DNA from: Flectonema sp. DT1601
Taxonomy: Eukaryota
Reading direction: 5' to 3'
DNA length: 64,000 nt
NCBI GenBank assembly: GCA_964019425.1
Contig: OZ025804.1
Span: forward strand, 1-64,000
Below are positions 35,845-47,724 of this stretch, one piece after another. The notes beneath the pieces were generated by a model. The model worked only from the letters and a program-made list of their open reading frames with translations, was not told where the DNA came from and made no database searches. Position 1 is the stretch's first letter; the number at the start of each line of letters is the position of its first letter. Position numbers and translations under genes: made by a program.

Positions 35845-38330
35845 CGAGAACGAAAAGCAATTTGCTACGTCTTGTTTCTTAAAACCTCTTTTCCACATTC
35901 TGTAAAGTACAAATTCAAACTCAACAAAAAGATCAGGTAAATTATTACAAATCATTGCTGCCCTAAACATAGCACCTTTAACCACACCTTTTGGTATAGA
36001 CACCGGCATAGTTGAATTACGATGTACATATTGCAAAGGGCGAAAAGACCAATCCTTTCGGTTTATAGATAACCTGATAAAACTTTCTCTTTTCCGTTGT
36101 TTAAATTCTGATTCTTGCTCCCAAAAAGACTACGTGGTCTTCACTAATCGTAGTGTCTTTGTATCTTATAGATGCTTGGGGTGGCAAATTGTATACAATA
36201 TTTTATGTAAAGCTCTTTGAGTATTGTTTTTAGAACACCAACTACTTCCAACTGTACATCCGTCATTATATTTGACAAACCTCTAGCAGGTAGAGCTGCT
36301 ATTGTCTCTACTTTTGAATCTTTCAAACGGTTGTCTTTTTCCAAAACTTCATTTGATTCATTACTTTTTCTTTTTTCTTTTTATCTTTTTCTGACGTATA
36401 AACTTCACACTTGGTTGACGTGCCAGCAATCCAACGTAGTCGCATGTCCGGTAATTTGTGCAATTTCAAATTACCATAAAGGCAGGGCACAGACCCTGAA
36501 AGTTTACTAAAAATTTTAATTTCTTTTTTGTCGCTTCCAAGTTTTCAAACATGTCCTTTTCTGCTAAGGAATAGGACGAAATTTCTTTTCTGAGTAATTG
36601 TAAATAAAGGGTTTTACACATTACGCCAACATCAGGCGGGCTTTATCAATTGGTAAAAACACAAAATTTTCCTTTAAAATAGCTAATTCCTGCCGTATGC
36701 GATAAACAGTATTGTCTGCGGGCAGGGGTTGTAATAACAATAAATGAGATAACTTATTTTTAAGCCAGGAGTTGAGGTACCGTTCATTTTGGTTCTGTTC
36801 CTCCACCGACTCTCCCTTAAGGCTTCGTCTTACTTTGTCCGTAAAAGTATCGAAAGACAAATACAATTCTTCTAAAATTTCCGTCTGCGGAGCATGCAAG
36901 CGAAACCATAAACCCAACTCAAATAGTTTTCGTAAATCGCCACTACAATTGAGGTTTGTCCAATGACCCACTAAATGTTCCTAAGATGATTTTTGGCCCT
37001 GTGTGGATCTCATCTCGTTACATTTGCAAATATCATCGGATATGTGTTCCTCATCAAGTTCGGTAACAGAACTCATATTTAGAACAACAGATCCAACAGT
37101 TCTGCCTAAGGAAAAAGACACTTTAACAATCAAGAGAATTGAAAAAGTTTTTGAATAGTGCGTGTTTAAATACTGAACCAAAATTTAAATTCTTAAGAGA
37201 AGGGTGAACCATTCTAAGACAGAACCAATGACATGGGTTTGCTTTTTTCTTTTTCGCACGTAAGGACCTTAGAATTCCCGTGAATATTTCAAACAACTCT
37301 TGTGTTTGGGGGTGTTCTTTGACTTTCTCACCTGCGAAACGTGCTAACCAATTAAACAAGCGTTTAATTCTGGTAAACGACCAACCTTCAAATTTATTCT
37401 CTTCTATCCTATTCAGATCAAAAAGAGACTGTAACTGGTTTCTTATACCATAAAATAACCTGTACGAAGGAGGTTCACACACATCAGCAATGACAACTTT
37501 GTTCGGTGGCTGTATTTCAGCCCAAGTTGTGATTTTCTTTGCATTTAGTTTCTTTTTTCTGCTCTTTCTGTTCCTAATTACTTCGTTACTTTCTTTTTTT
37601 CTTGTTGAATGCTTGAAAACTTGAGACTTTCTTTTTAACATAAAATTTTTAGATGGATTAAAATGTAAAATCCAGAACCTTTCTGGACCATCTGCCAAAT
37701 TTCGAAAAAGAAACCTATTTTCTTTTCAGAGATAAAGGCTCATTAATAACTTCTAAAGTAACGGGAAATAAAGGATAATTTCTTTTTCTTAAATAAATAT
37801 ATAAAGGCTGTCTAAATTTGTCTGCTGAAGATCTATTACCCCAGTGACCTAATTCTCGAATCTCGGCTGTTTGATACGTCTGACCGACATATCGAATGAT
37901 GCCGCGTTCGTCTAATAAACCATAAATAACTCCTTCCTCATCCTGAGGTGGAACCTCAAGTGCTTGCCAACCCTTTCTGAGTTTGTGCTTATAAATATCT
38001 AAAGAAATTTTGGATAGCTATTTCCTTTTTACTATCATATTGATCGTCTCTACGGCTGTATTTTGGTATCTCCTTACGATCTTTTAATACGAATTCATGG
38101 AAAGTGGTATCCATAATACGCATAGCAGTTTTAGGTATCTCATCCACCATTTGAACAGATACTTTAGGACTACTAGATGTAAAAACAGGTTTGCAGTTTT
38201 TTGACGTGTCTGCACACGTGCAGAAAGTCATGAAAAAATGATTTAATTTAGCATCCTCAGTCGGGAAAAAGTTCGTACCGAACCGTTGTATTTCTTTAAA
38301 ATAAAATCGACCCTAAAATAATATTGATAA
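35845..38330 (-). mobile_element. Heavily decayed Penelope-like element; upstream boundary approximate
   Basis: GHWTNL...LFELGLWFR and LKENFVFLPIDKA (PLE N-terminal RT region). YVHRNSTMP...GVVKGAMFRAAMICN...RGF (thumb). Many stops and frameshifts; no GIY-YIG seen. Confidence 0.7.
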
Positions 38331-39210
38331 GTAACTATACTACTGAAAGAAACAACAACAGTACAGTTAAGATAAGAAAAGGCTGGGGGGACCTTTGATA
38401 CGATAAGTTCTAGGGACTTCATTCCAGTTAATTAATAGATCGGATCCATCAATTGGTCTATTTCAAAAGAACTGATTTCAAAGTGTTCATTAGTTAGAAT
38501 ATGAGTTTGTTATAAAAAAGTGCACTAAAATAAAATATAAAAAAGAAAAGTTATAAAAACACATTGTTCTGCTGTTCCATAATACACTGTGGAATACGTA
38601 GTTTCAGGAGCCTTAATCTTATACTACTTGTCCCTCTTAAGCCTTCATCAGTAAGTTCTAGGGACTTCATTCCAGAACTGATTTCAAAGTGTTCATTAGT
38701 TAGTTATGGAGAATCACAGCAGGTAGAGGAACCCAGAAACGTCAATCAAAAAAAAGGTTCACAAAAGAGAAGATTTATTTCGGTAATAAGCTTTCCATCA
38801 CTGTTTGCACCTGAGAAGGAAATATGATAAGAGAATAAGGCATTAACTAAACAAGCTGAGATCAACACAAAGAAGTATCTACACCGTGGATGGGTGCAGA
38901 TTACTTCCACTCGAGCAGGGATTGTGTCAGGCCCGTTTCGATTCGATCGGACACTGGCGGGGGAAAGGGCAGGTGGGGAATACCAAATGGGGTTGGGAGT
39001 CTGATACAATATGACCCAGTCAAGGGAATAAGAACACTGCAATGCAATCAAATATTCAATTCCAACTAACAAACACTTGTTAAGAGTGTGTGAGCGAACA
39101 CACATCTTCTTTTCTGAAAACACCATCAAATAAAAGATAAATTAAATACTTTGAAATAAAACAAAGGGAACAACGCATGCACACTAAAAACAACACTTAT
39201 GTGATTTATG

Positions 39211-40459
39211 TCATTTCAAATTCTTTATGCTCGTATGCAGTTCGTCTCTGTTAATGGATGAACAACCTTTTAGGAAATTACTTCCAACGGATTCCACATT
39301 CACGAGGGTTAAATCCAAGGAAGTAAGTGATGAACAATTACTTAGAAAATAGTCTCCTACAACTGAAACATTGCTGAGACTTGATAAGTTACCAGATGTG
39401 AGCGATGAACAATTAAATAAAAAACTGTCTCCAACAACTGAAATATTGCTGAGACTTGATAAGTTAACAGATGTCAGGGATGAACAATTTCTTAGGAAAG
39501 TGTGTCCAACAGCTGCAATATTACTGAGACTTGATAAGTCCAGAGATATGAGGGATGAACAATTATATAGAAAACCATCCCCAACAGCTAAAATATTGCT
39601 GAGACTTGATAAGTTAAGAGATGTGAGGGATGAACAATTATATAGAAAATATTTTCCAACATCTGAAACATTGCTGAGACTTGATAAGTTAACAGATGTG
39701 AGGGATGAACAATTACTTAGAAAAAAGTCTCCGACAGCTGAAATATTGCTGAGACTTGATAAGTTAAGAGATGTGAGGGATGAACAATTTCTTAGAAAAG
39801 AGTCTCCAACAGCTGAAACATTGCTGAGACTTGATAAGTTAACAGATGTGAGGGATGAAGAATCACTAAGAAAATAGTCACCAACAACTGAAACATTGCT
39901 GAGACTTGATAAGTCTACAGATGACAGTGAATTGCAATCTCTGAGGAAATTATTACCAACAGATGTGACGTATTGAAGACCAGGAAGGCTGACCTTTATA
40001 ACCTTACGAGATGAGGATAAGAAATCATCCGAAACGGTCGTGACTGAGGGTTCAGAGTTGCTGAATGAGATGTTCGTAACATCATCCGAGAACCACTCAC
40101 TGTTACTAAACTGAAGACAGCCATCCACAGCGAATGTGGGAGTATCAAGGCAGAAAAACCCGTCCTGATCCCGTTCTCCTCGTAGGAATGCCTTCGCTCT
40201 CTTTGCAGCATCTGTCAACCATTCCAATCCAAACAAGCGCACCACAGATGCATCCAACAGCGAGCCGTCCTCCACCCCGTACGACACCAGTCGACTACCT
40301 GCTCGAAGCAGCGATCCTGCGAGTGAAAGCTCAAGAAAGTCAGCATCGGTATCCCACTCATCAGCTGCAACCTGCAATGCATCCTTCACGAGCGACTCTC
40401 CAGAAGCTGTGAAAACAACGCCAGGAAACCCTGTCTGGGAACGTAACCGAGAGTTGCAT
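39211..40459 (-). pseudogene. Ubiquitin-like N-terminus + 22-aa leucine-rich-repeat (BspA-like) protein, apparent frameshift near the start
   Basis: About 11 LSSLSNVSxVGDxFLxNCSSLTS repeats. ATG at 40459 (MQLSVTFPD) aligns with the paralog start MQVFISRSD but is out of frame with the body. Confidence 0.7.
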
Positions 40460-40922
40460 TTCAACTCGCCTGAGTAATCTACGAAAAGATTAAAGAACGT
40501 GTAAAAACATATTTCTTCAAACAGACTTTCTTTTTTTTTTTGTTGCACAATATGGTCCCAACCTATTGAGATTAAATGCCACTGGGGGTTCTGATAATGT
40601 CATCTTCGCTGTTAAGTAAAAAGTGATAATTAAGTTTCGCTTTAAAAGAAGAAACAGACGAATCAAAAACAAACAGTGGCTGACTTCAGCTAAACAACAC
40701 AGTGATTGCGGTGACAAGTTCCATATCAGTTTCTGAGTCGACTCGGAACGACATCGCACATGTTTGCATTCAAGGATAGTACTCACAGGATCAACATCCC
40801 GATATTGGAGTCCCGAAGGGACTTGGATAAATAAATCAAAGTTAACACGCAACAAATTAGACATGAATCATTTTAATTGGATTCCGTCCACACAAAATCA
40901 ATGCTATAAATAAACTACAAAT

Positions 40923-40994
40923 GCTGTCAACTCAAATTGACCCGGGGACCACGCACTACAGGTTGAGCATCCCATGCCCTGCAGGTCATTACGG
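40923..40994 (-). ncRNA. Putative structured RNA motif, copy 5
   Basis: Core nearly identical to copy 2. Confidence 0.55.
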
Positions 40995-41143
40995 AGGAGC
41001 CCCCAGAATTAATGTATTCACACGACACAATTAATCGAGTTCTACGATACCAACTCTAAGAGGTAGTTAGGAGTCTAACGAATGTCTTCTTTAACTTCCC
41101 TCCGTAAGTCCTCTCCTTGTAGGAGATGATACGTTCTAAAGAA

Positions 41144-42550
41144 CTAATTCTTTTTTTTCATTTCATTCAGGACAAATTTATCTTTCAGCTGCCCAGAGAG
41201 ATCTTCCATCTCATCCTTCAGGAACTTCAGGTTATTAATAAAATGAGAGGTGTTGTCAGATGTACTCTTCAACACTTCCTTCAGCTGTTCTAATTCTGAG
41301 CCACAACGCCGCTGGATGAAGTGATCAATAATTTGGTCACGAGTCCTCAGAGAATCACAACCCAAGAGGAACGTGTCCGTGAAATCGCAATCGTCAGGGA
41401 GGGATGTCAAGTCAACTGCTGTGAGTTGGGTGCAACCCGCAAGACCATATTTTCCCATTTTCCTTAAACTACTGAGCCCATCAAAGCTTACAGTCGTAAG
41501 TTTTGAACAATCCGCAAGAAATGACTCCCCAACATCCGTAAGTGACGTCATCTTGCTGAGGTCGACCTCTTCCAATGAGACGCAGTCGCTGAGAAAATCA
41601 TTCCCCAAGGAAGTTGTGTTGGTCAGACCAGACAAGTTAATGAACTTCAGGGATGTGCATCCACTCAAAAAGCCACTAGCAATTGACTCGATGGTTACCA
41701 TCATCGATAAGTCTAGTTCTGTTAGTGTCACATATTTAAATAAGAAATTTATTCCAATTGTTCGAATACTTCTCAAACCTGAAAGGTCAATTCTCACAAG
41801 CGAATTATTTAATCCGCAGGGAATATATAAAAAGTAATTTGGTATATTTTCAAGACGAGGAAGATTCATATTAACTGACTTGATATTGATGCAACTCTCA
41901 AACGCACGTGTTCCCAGGTGTCGCAGATTGACTAGCGGTGATAAATCAATCGTCGTGAGTGAGCAGCAGCATTTAAAGAACTCCTTCCCAATCGATTCCA
42001 CTTCAGACAATCCCGACAAGTCGATGTTAGTAAGTGACTGACAGTTCCCAGAGAAAGAGTCACCAATAGACTTCACGTTTCGTAAACCTGGAAACCTGAC
42101 CTTTCTTACATGTGTTAGGAACTGCATGAGGGAACCAGGGCAATCAATAATCTCACGACCATTGACAAAGGACAGGCATGTCAGGCGAGTATTGGAATTG
42201 TTGTACAACTGATTACAATTTTCGATAATCGCTTGAGTGTTGACGGACAAGAAACCCTCTTCATCACAGGACTGTAGCAGTTCCATAGTCTTTTCTGATC
42301 CTCCTCTCATGTCCCCGAAATTATACCCCAATTCCAACACTTCCAACTGTGTACCTCCTTCTATCCCATGTGATACCAACGTAGACAACTCTGGAAGCAC
42401 GACACCCGCACACGACAATTCGCTGTTCTGAAAGCCAACACCCCACTCATCGACCGCTGCCCCTACTGCGTCCCTGATCAGCGTGTCCGCCGTCACTGTA
42501 AACGGAACAGTTGGGAATTCTCCATCCGAACGGGAAATGAAAACCTGCAT
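41144..42550 (-). CDS. Ubiquitin-like domain + LRR (BspA-like) protein with C-terminal coiled coil
   Basis: 468-aa intact ORF with IDLSGLxxxxSIGxxFLxxCxSL repeats. Confidence 0.85.
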   Translation of the reverse strand: MQVFISRSDGEFPTVPFTVTADTLIRDAVGAAVDEWGVGFQNSELSCAGVVLPELSTLVSHGIEGGTQLEVLELGYNFGDMRGGSEKTMELLQSCDEEGFLSVNTQAIIENCNQLYNNSNTRLTCLSFVNGREIIDCPGSLMQFLTHVRKVRFPGLRNVKSIGDSFSGNCQSLTNIDLSGLSEVESIGKEFFKCCCSLTTIDLSPLVNLRHLGTRAFESCINIKSVNMNLPRLENIPNYFLYIPCGLNNSLVRIDLSGLRSIRTIGINFLFKYVTLTELDLSMMVTIESIASGFLSGCTSLKFINLSGLTNTTSLGNDFLSDCVSLEEVDLSKMTSLTDVGESFLADCSKLTTVSFDGLSSLRKMGKYGLAGCTQLTAVDLTSLPDDCDFTDTFLLGCDSLRTRDQIIDHFIQRRCGSELEQLKEVLKSTSDNTSHFINNLKFLKDEMEDLSGQLKDKFVLNEMKKKN

Positions 42551-43096
42551 GTTGCCTAGGAATGGAGTGAAAGGTTGACAGTAAAACTGTTGTTGATGAA
42601 GGAAACTTCAAGTTGGAAAGGAAATCCGCTTACCAGGAGATCATTCCTCACAATAATTGTTCAGGTTCAGTACTCTATTTTCTATAAGTGAACACACAAT
42701 GAACTAAACTGAATAATGAACTAAAAGAGGATATAATTGAAATGGTAGAATTAACTGATCTCTCGATTACTACGCGTGTCTCTTACTCGACTCACCCGAC
42801 GGAGTACTAAAAGGAAAGGAGAGTAAGTCTCCAACTCAAACAGAACTCTTGAATACAACAGATGATTATTTTTTATAGACCCTTCCTGTAAAGAGAATAG
42901 AACAATTAAACACAATAAATAAATAAATGTTACCCATCCTATTTCTACCATAACAAATTGTATTGGTGGGGAACACTTATTGGGAACACATTGAGCCTAA
43001 AGACTCAGTTCTAATAATCATCTAATGTTGGTAAGTAAATATTACTACTTAAGTTAGTGTGAGAAATTCACAAACGACAACTACACATTTGATTGG

Positions 43097-44956
43097 TCAA
43101 CTCTGTCTTCGCTTTCTATAAAATCCATTGAAATCAAGTCTTCTGATGAGATGTTGAATTAATTGTCCGCCAGGCTTCTCGCTGTCCTCTTGTAAGGAAG
43201 CGAACAGTTCCTGAAATCGCTCGGAAAATTGTTTTTCAAAACGAGCGACCATCAGAGATTCGAGATCGTATTGAGCTGCTTCAGAAAACAATCGAATACT
43301 AAGAAAGACTTTATCTAATTGTTTTAAATAAACTTCATTATGTGCTAAAGAGTGAAGGAGACATTGATCAATAAACGTTTCATGAGATTGAACTAACTCC
43401 TCAACTGTGTTGGTTGTCTTTACAATCTCAACCAAACGTTGGTATTGTGGTTCCACCACTTCAAAAGCGAGATATGTTTCTAAAGAATGCAACAGGGATA
43501 GCATTGCATATAATAATATCGATGATGCTTTGGAAAGAGCAAACCTCCGACGGCGACATTTTCCCAAATCGTGTTTTAGACTCTTCACTCTGAAGAAGAG
43601 TCGAAACATGAAATTATACTTCGCAGAACATTGTGGTTTAAAAATTAAATTTGAAGGCCATCCAACGTCTAATCGGAGCTGCAATGAAACCAACAGCGGG
43701 AGTGATGTGTTTGCGAATGTTGAACGTCCTCGTAAACATCTAAACAACTGAGATTGAGCGACCTCCAAACTGAGTTCAAAAGAAGCATCTTTTGGTGGTA
43801 TCGCTGAGTCAAGAAGTTGATGAAGTTCAACCCAATTAACATCTTTACTAGTTCTCGTTAAAGAACAGTTTCTCTTATTACTACAACCGTCAAGGAAAGA
43901 TAGCAACCAGCTGCTCTCACCACATAAAAAGTATCTTTGGTAAAAATTAATAAGTCTGAGAAGTTGATAGTCATCTCTTAACATTTCTAAGGTTGCATTA
44001 TTTGCCTGAATCCACGAGTCTTCTATTACACGAGAGAGGTCATCAGAATCAGTTGTTAATTTCATTTTGACAGGTTGGTATTCACGACCTGATTTAATAA
44101 TAACTTTCACTAGCTGACCACTTTGAAGAACTTTAGAAGCGCAGCTCCTAATAAAGAGTGGCGTCTGTTCTAAATTGAACTCCCAAGTCATGAAATCCGA
44201 TTCGGAAGGTTTGACGATCGGTAGTTCCGCAGATGCGAAATTTGATAATTCTCCTTTGTAGATCCAATCAGAAATCATTTCTAAGAACGGGACTGCTGTT
44301 TGATTATAAATTGCTTTGCAAAGTTGTTCTCCGTTTGGATATTTCAAAGCCATCGACTGACAAGTTGTTTCTAACACACAAAGTAGTTTAGTTCCGAATA
44401 GCTGTTGAGTTCCTGATTCAGTCTGTTCAACTGTCTGATCAACAACACTTGAGACTAATGACATAAGTGGTTTATAAGGAATAATCTCATGTAATAATAA
44501 AGGAAGAGGATCATGAACTGGAATCATATCCCAAACTGTACAAACTAATTCATGAATACCAAGACAGATATCAAGGAGAGCATAACCAAAAGATTGATTC
44601 ATTAATCCGTACTCAAATGAAGTCGTTAGTTTCTTTGCTGTGGCCCAAACCTTTCCCCTGTCAGCAGCCATTCCCAGTAGCGGTTGTAAGAACTCAACCG
44701 ACTCGCTGTCGATGTTGTCTGACGCTACAAATTTTAATTCTCCGTTGGTATCAACGATGCTGTATATCATAGCTCCACTAGTCCCTCTCAGTGCTAACAA
44801 CATGGCTTCCGCTACGTGAACATGTTGCATGCTTGCATACCAATTTCGAAATCCTTTTTCCTTCTCCGTCGCTTGCGGGGGTTGTCCTATCCAAAGATGC
44901 TGTCCTGCACAGACTTCTCCAACCTCCTGTTTGATGTCAAAGTCCCTGGAGATCAT
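43097..44956 (-). CDS. GCP2: Gamma-tubulin complex component (Spc97/Spc98 family), most like GCP2
   Basis: RYFL, KYNFMFR, YLAFEVVEP, HETFIDQCL and terminal RLDFNGFY motifs. Confidence 0.8.
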   Translation of the reverse strand: MISRDFDIKQEVGEVCAGQHLWIGQPPQATEKEKGFRNWYASMQHVHVAEAMLLALRGTSGAMIYSIVDTNGELKFVASDNIDSESVEFLQPLLGMAADRGKVWATAKKLTTSFEYGLMNQSFGYALLDICLGIHELVCTVWDMIPVHDPLPLLLHEIIPYKPLMSLVSSVVDQTVEQTESGTQQLFGTKLLCVLETTCQSMALKYPNGEQLCKAIYNQTAVPFLEMISDWIYKGELSNFASAELPIVKPSESDFMTWEFNLEQTPLFIRSCASKVLQSGQLVKVIIKSGREYQPVKMKLTTDSDDLSRVIEDSWIQANNATLEMLRDDYQLLRLINFYQRYFLCGESSWLLSFLDGCSNKRNCSLTRTSKDVNWVELHQLLDSAIPPKDASFELSLEVAQSQLFRCLRGRSTFANTSLPLLVSLQLRLDVGWPSNLIFKPQCSAKYNFMFRLFFRVKSLKHDLGKCRRRRFALSKASSILLYAMLSLLHSLETYLAFEVVEPQYQRLVEIVKTTNTVEELVQSHETFIDQCLLHSLAHNEVYLKQLDKVFLSIRLFSEAAQYDLESLMVARFEKQFSERFQELFASLQEDSEKPGGQLIQHLIRRLDFNGFYRKRRQS

Positions 44957-45128
44957 CCTTTGTGTGCATCCTGTGAGTGTAACAAATGAAAACAATGGAA
45001 TAGAAGAATGCAGGTCTGACAAAACAAATATTCATCTGATCACTGGAGTACTGGAGTACTGTTAAGTGTCGTATTCTTGTTGTTGTTTTCCTGAAAGAAA
45101 TTGTTTTGCAGCTTATCAAACTCATAAA

Positions 45129-45161
<33 letters not shown>

Positions 45162-45350
45162 GAAATACCAAAAAGTAAATAAACAAATCATGCGGCAGTT
45201 TGCACCGTCCATAATAACCAGAAATAATAAAATTAACAAAAACGACGAAATTAATAATAAAACAGACCCTTAAAACGACGAAATTAATAATAAAACAGAC
45301 CCTTTCCTCGACTAATAGCATCTCTTATGAGGGAAGACAAATAAACTATT

Positions 45351-46457
45351 TTAGAGTCCTTCAGGGAGAGGATCAAGATAGTACTCTGCCAAGTTGGTCA
45401 CTGGACGACTCCTAACTTTTCCAAGAGACTGGGGGATGCATCCGTCAAACAAACCAGAACAGTAATTCCGATGAATAATTTGCTTTTTATCATTCCAAGT
45501 GTCTTGAGAAGTCGGAGGAGGCAACGCAACCGATGCAACAATCGCATCAGCAACTTCAGTAACGCACTTCACATACGAGGCTGGTGAAGGAGATTCACAC
45601 CAATTATCAGCTACTTCAAGTAATGATATTGTAAAGTCACCGTAAGTTAAACCAGTTCCACTTGTTGAGCTGCTGTCTGTGTGCCAATCAGCTTCTCCAC
45701 TTGAAGTTATTATATTAAATAATTCAGTACTGTGGTTGGAATACTTCCCAATAAATAATCTCCACATCTGACAGTTGATATCGATGTAGGTACTTTGAGA
45801 CATGTTAACTTGTTTTGGAAGTACCAAAGCAGACCAAATCCTATCAACTTGACGACAAAATAACGAATTCGATAAAATAGCTGCTCGTCGATTGAGGAGT
45901 TCGTCTTCGAGAGCGATGACGTCGAACAGGTGGGATATTTCTACCCATTTCCTCTCTTCAGATTGTACAAGTTGACTACTGCGTGGCTTTAATCGATTCA
46001 AGAGAGATATTTGACCACTCGATTCTATTCGAGGAATAGTTTTCCCTCTCCTCGTTATTGTGTTTCCAATTAAACAATTAGGAGATCCTTGACTTGTTAA
46101 CTGTTGAGAGTATTCCATAACTGAATGTCTTACAAAAGGATGTCTTATAGAAAGTAACGGTCTGTGTGAGAAAGGAAAGATTCTCTGATGAGTATTAAAA
46201 ACTCTGTCGAGAGCTGGATCGTTCTCCGGTAGCTTTAGAGTGGCGTTTACAACAGCTGTCTGACCAGATGATACTTTTCTGTTGTACATCCATCCACCTG
46301 CTGTAGTAGTCTCCTTCCTACTACCAAGACCTGTCACAGATGATGGACTTTCTACCAGACTTGTAGTCCTTCTGGAACTTGTCCTCATCACTTCTGTTGA
46401 TTGTCTCCTCCTAGACGACGTCTTTTTATCAGATGGAGGTCTTGGTGTTCCCGACAT
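45351..46457 (-). CDS. Hypothetical protein
   Basis: Long ORF; likely start MSGTPRPPS. Confidence 0.65.
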   Translation of the reverse strand: MSGTPRPPSDKKTSSRRRQSTEVMRTSSRRTTSLVESPSSVTGLGSRKETTTAGGWMYNRKVSSGQTAVVNATLKLPENDPALDRVFNTHQRIFPFSHRPLLSIRHPFVRHSVMEYSQQLTSQGSPNCLIGNTITRRGKTIPRIESSGQISLLNRLKPRSSQLVQSEERKWVEISHLFDVIALEDELLNRRAAILSNSLFCRQVDRIWSALVLPKQVNMSQSTYIDINCQMWRLFIGKYSNHSTELFNIITSSGEADWHTDSSSTSGTGLTYGDFTISLLEVADNWCESPSPASYVKCVTEVADAIVASVALPPPTSQDTWNDKKQIIHRNYCSGLFDGCIPQSLGKVRSRPVTNLAEYYLDPLPEGL

Positions 46458-47198
46458 GTTGAAGGGGGGGTACTGATGGAAGAAGTTCAGCAGACAATCA
46501 ACACACATAACACACATCATAACACACATGGCAATATTATACCTGTCTGAATAAAGAAAGAATAACAAAACCCAATCACTCTATTTTGAGAGAATAAAAT
46601 AAATACTTCACCCGACAAACGGGTTGCGTGTTCTGGGGACGTTTAGCGCGTAATTCTTTCTTTTTTTTTTTTTTTTTAAAAGTTAAGCGAGTCCTCCAGT
46701 CGTGTGTTTTAACCAAAAGGCCGACTACCGCTTACCAAGATATTTAATAACATCACTTGGAATGCCTTCCGCGTAGTACACGAAGACAGTCAGAAGTGTT
46801 GTTTGTTACTTGTTGAAGAAGGATATCTAAACGGAGGGAAGAAGCCAGAAAAATTGAAGGGAAAAAAAAGACAGCCGCCTCCCGCTGGCTGGCTCGATAA
46901 TTAAAAGAATAAGCGTGCGATTAGTTGGTTCACTCTTTCACATAAAATAGTCATCTCTTAAACGACAACTTGAAGAGTCTCCGGGTTTTTTTATACAAAA
47001 AAAAAAAAAAAAAAATTATTATTATTTCCCACTCAAACAATATTAAAAAGAGAAGTTTGCAAAAAATTGCCGCTACTTACGCAGAAAATGAATCAACTCA
47101 TCACCTGCGATCAGAAAACTCTAAAAAGAGTTGACTATCGTGATATGTGAATAGTTGAAAGACAGAAGGAGAGGAAGAGAACTCTTTCATGAGTATTC

Positions 47199-47432
47199 TT
47201 AATGCTCTCGATCATCTCTGTTTTGTAATTCTGATAGCAGCCAGGATGCGGCTCTCTCAGCTTGATCTCTTTGTTGTTTAGCCGCAGCAAGTTGATGGTG
47301 AGTATCTGTTTCATTCTTAGTAATATTTCCATTTATGGCAGTCAGTCCAATGATACCAACAACCATTAAACACCAGAGGGCTACAGCACTTCTGGTGTTT
47401 GTTTCCTCAACCCATCCTCTGAAATCATTCAT
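47199..47432 (-). CDS. Small single-TM + coiled-coil protein
   Basis: 77-aa ORF with a hydrophobic segment, co-oriented with its neighbours. Confidence 0.45.
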   Translation of the reverse strand: MNDFRGWVEETNTRSAVALWCLMVVGIIGLTAINGNITKNETDTHHQLAAAKQQRDQAERAASWLLSELQNRDDREH

Positions 47433-47724
47433 AATGTGTACTGACTTAGAAAGAATAAAATATGATGGTGACGGTGACGGTTATAACAATCTGATGGTGA
47501 CTCTCTCTCTCTCTCTTATTCTCACACATTGATGTTAGCATTGTTGGTTGGAGGGGGTGAATTGTTTTAATATTTATTTTCCCTTTTTAAATAATCAAAT
47601 GAACCACAGCCGTGTAAATGGATTGGAATTAGAGCAGCAGAAGCAGCAACAAAACAAAAACAATAAGAAAAAACTGAACATAAAAAAAAATTAAAAAAAA
47701 AAAGATTTCAAAAAGAAGGGATCG

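Noticed and set aside
39371..41837. Plus-strand ORFs opposite the LRR genes, and similar antisense ORFs elsewhere
   Set aside because: Shadows of repetitive minus-strand coding sequence.
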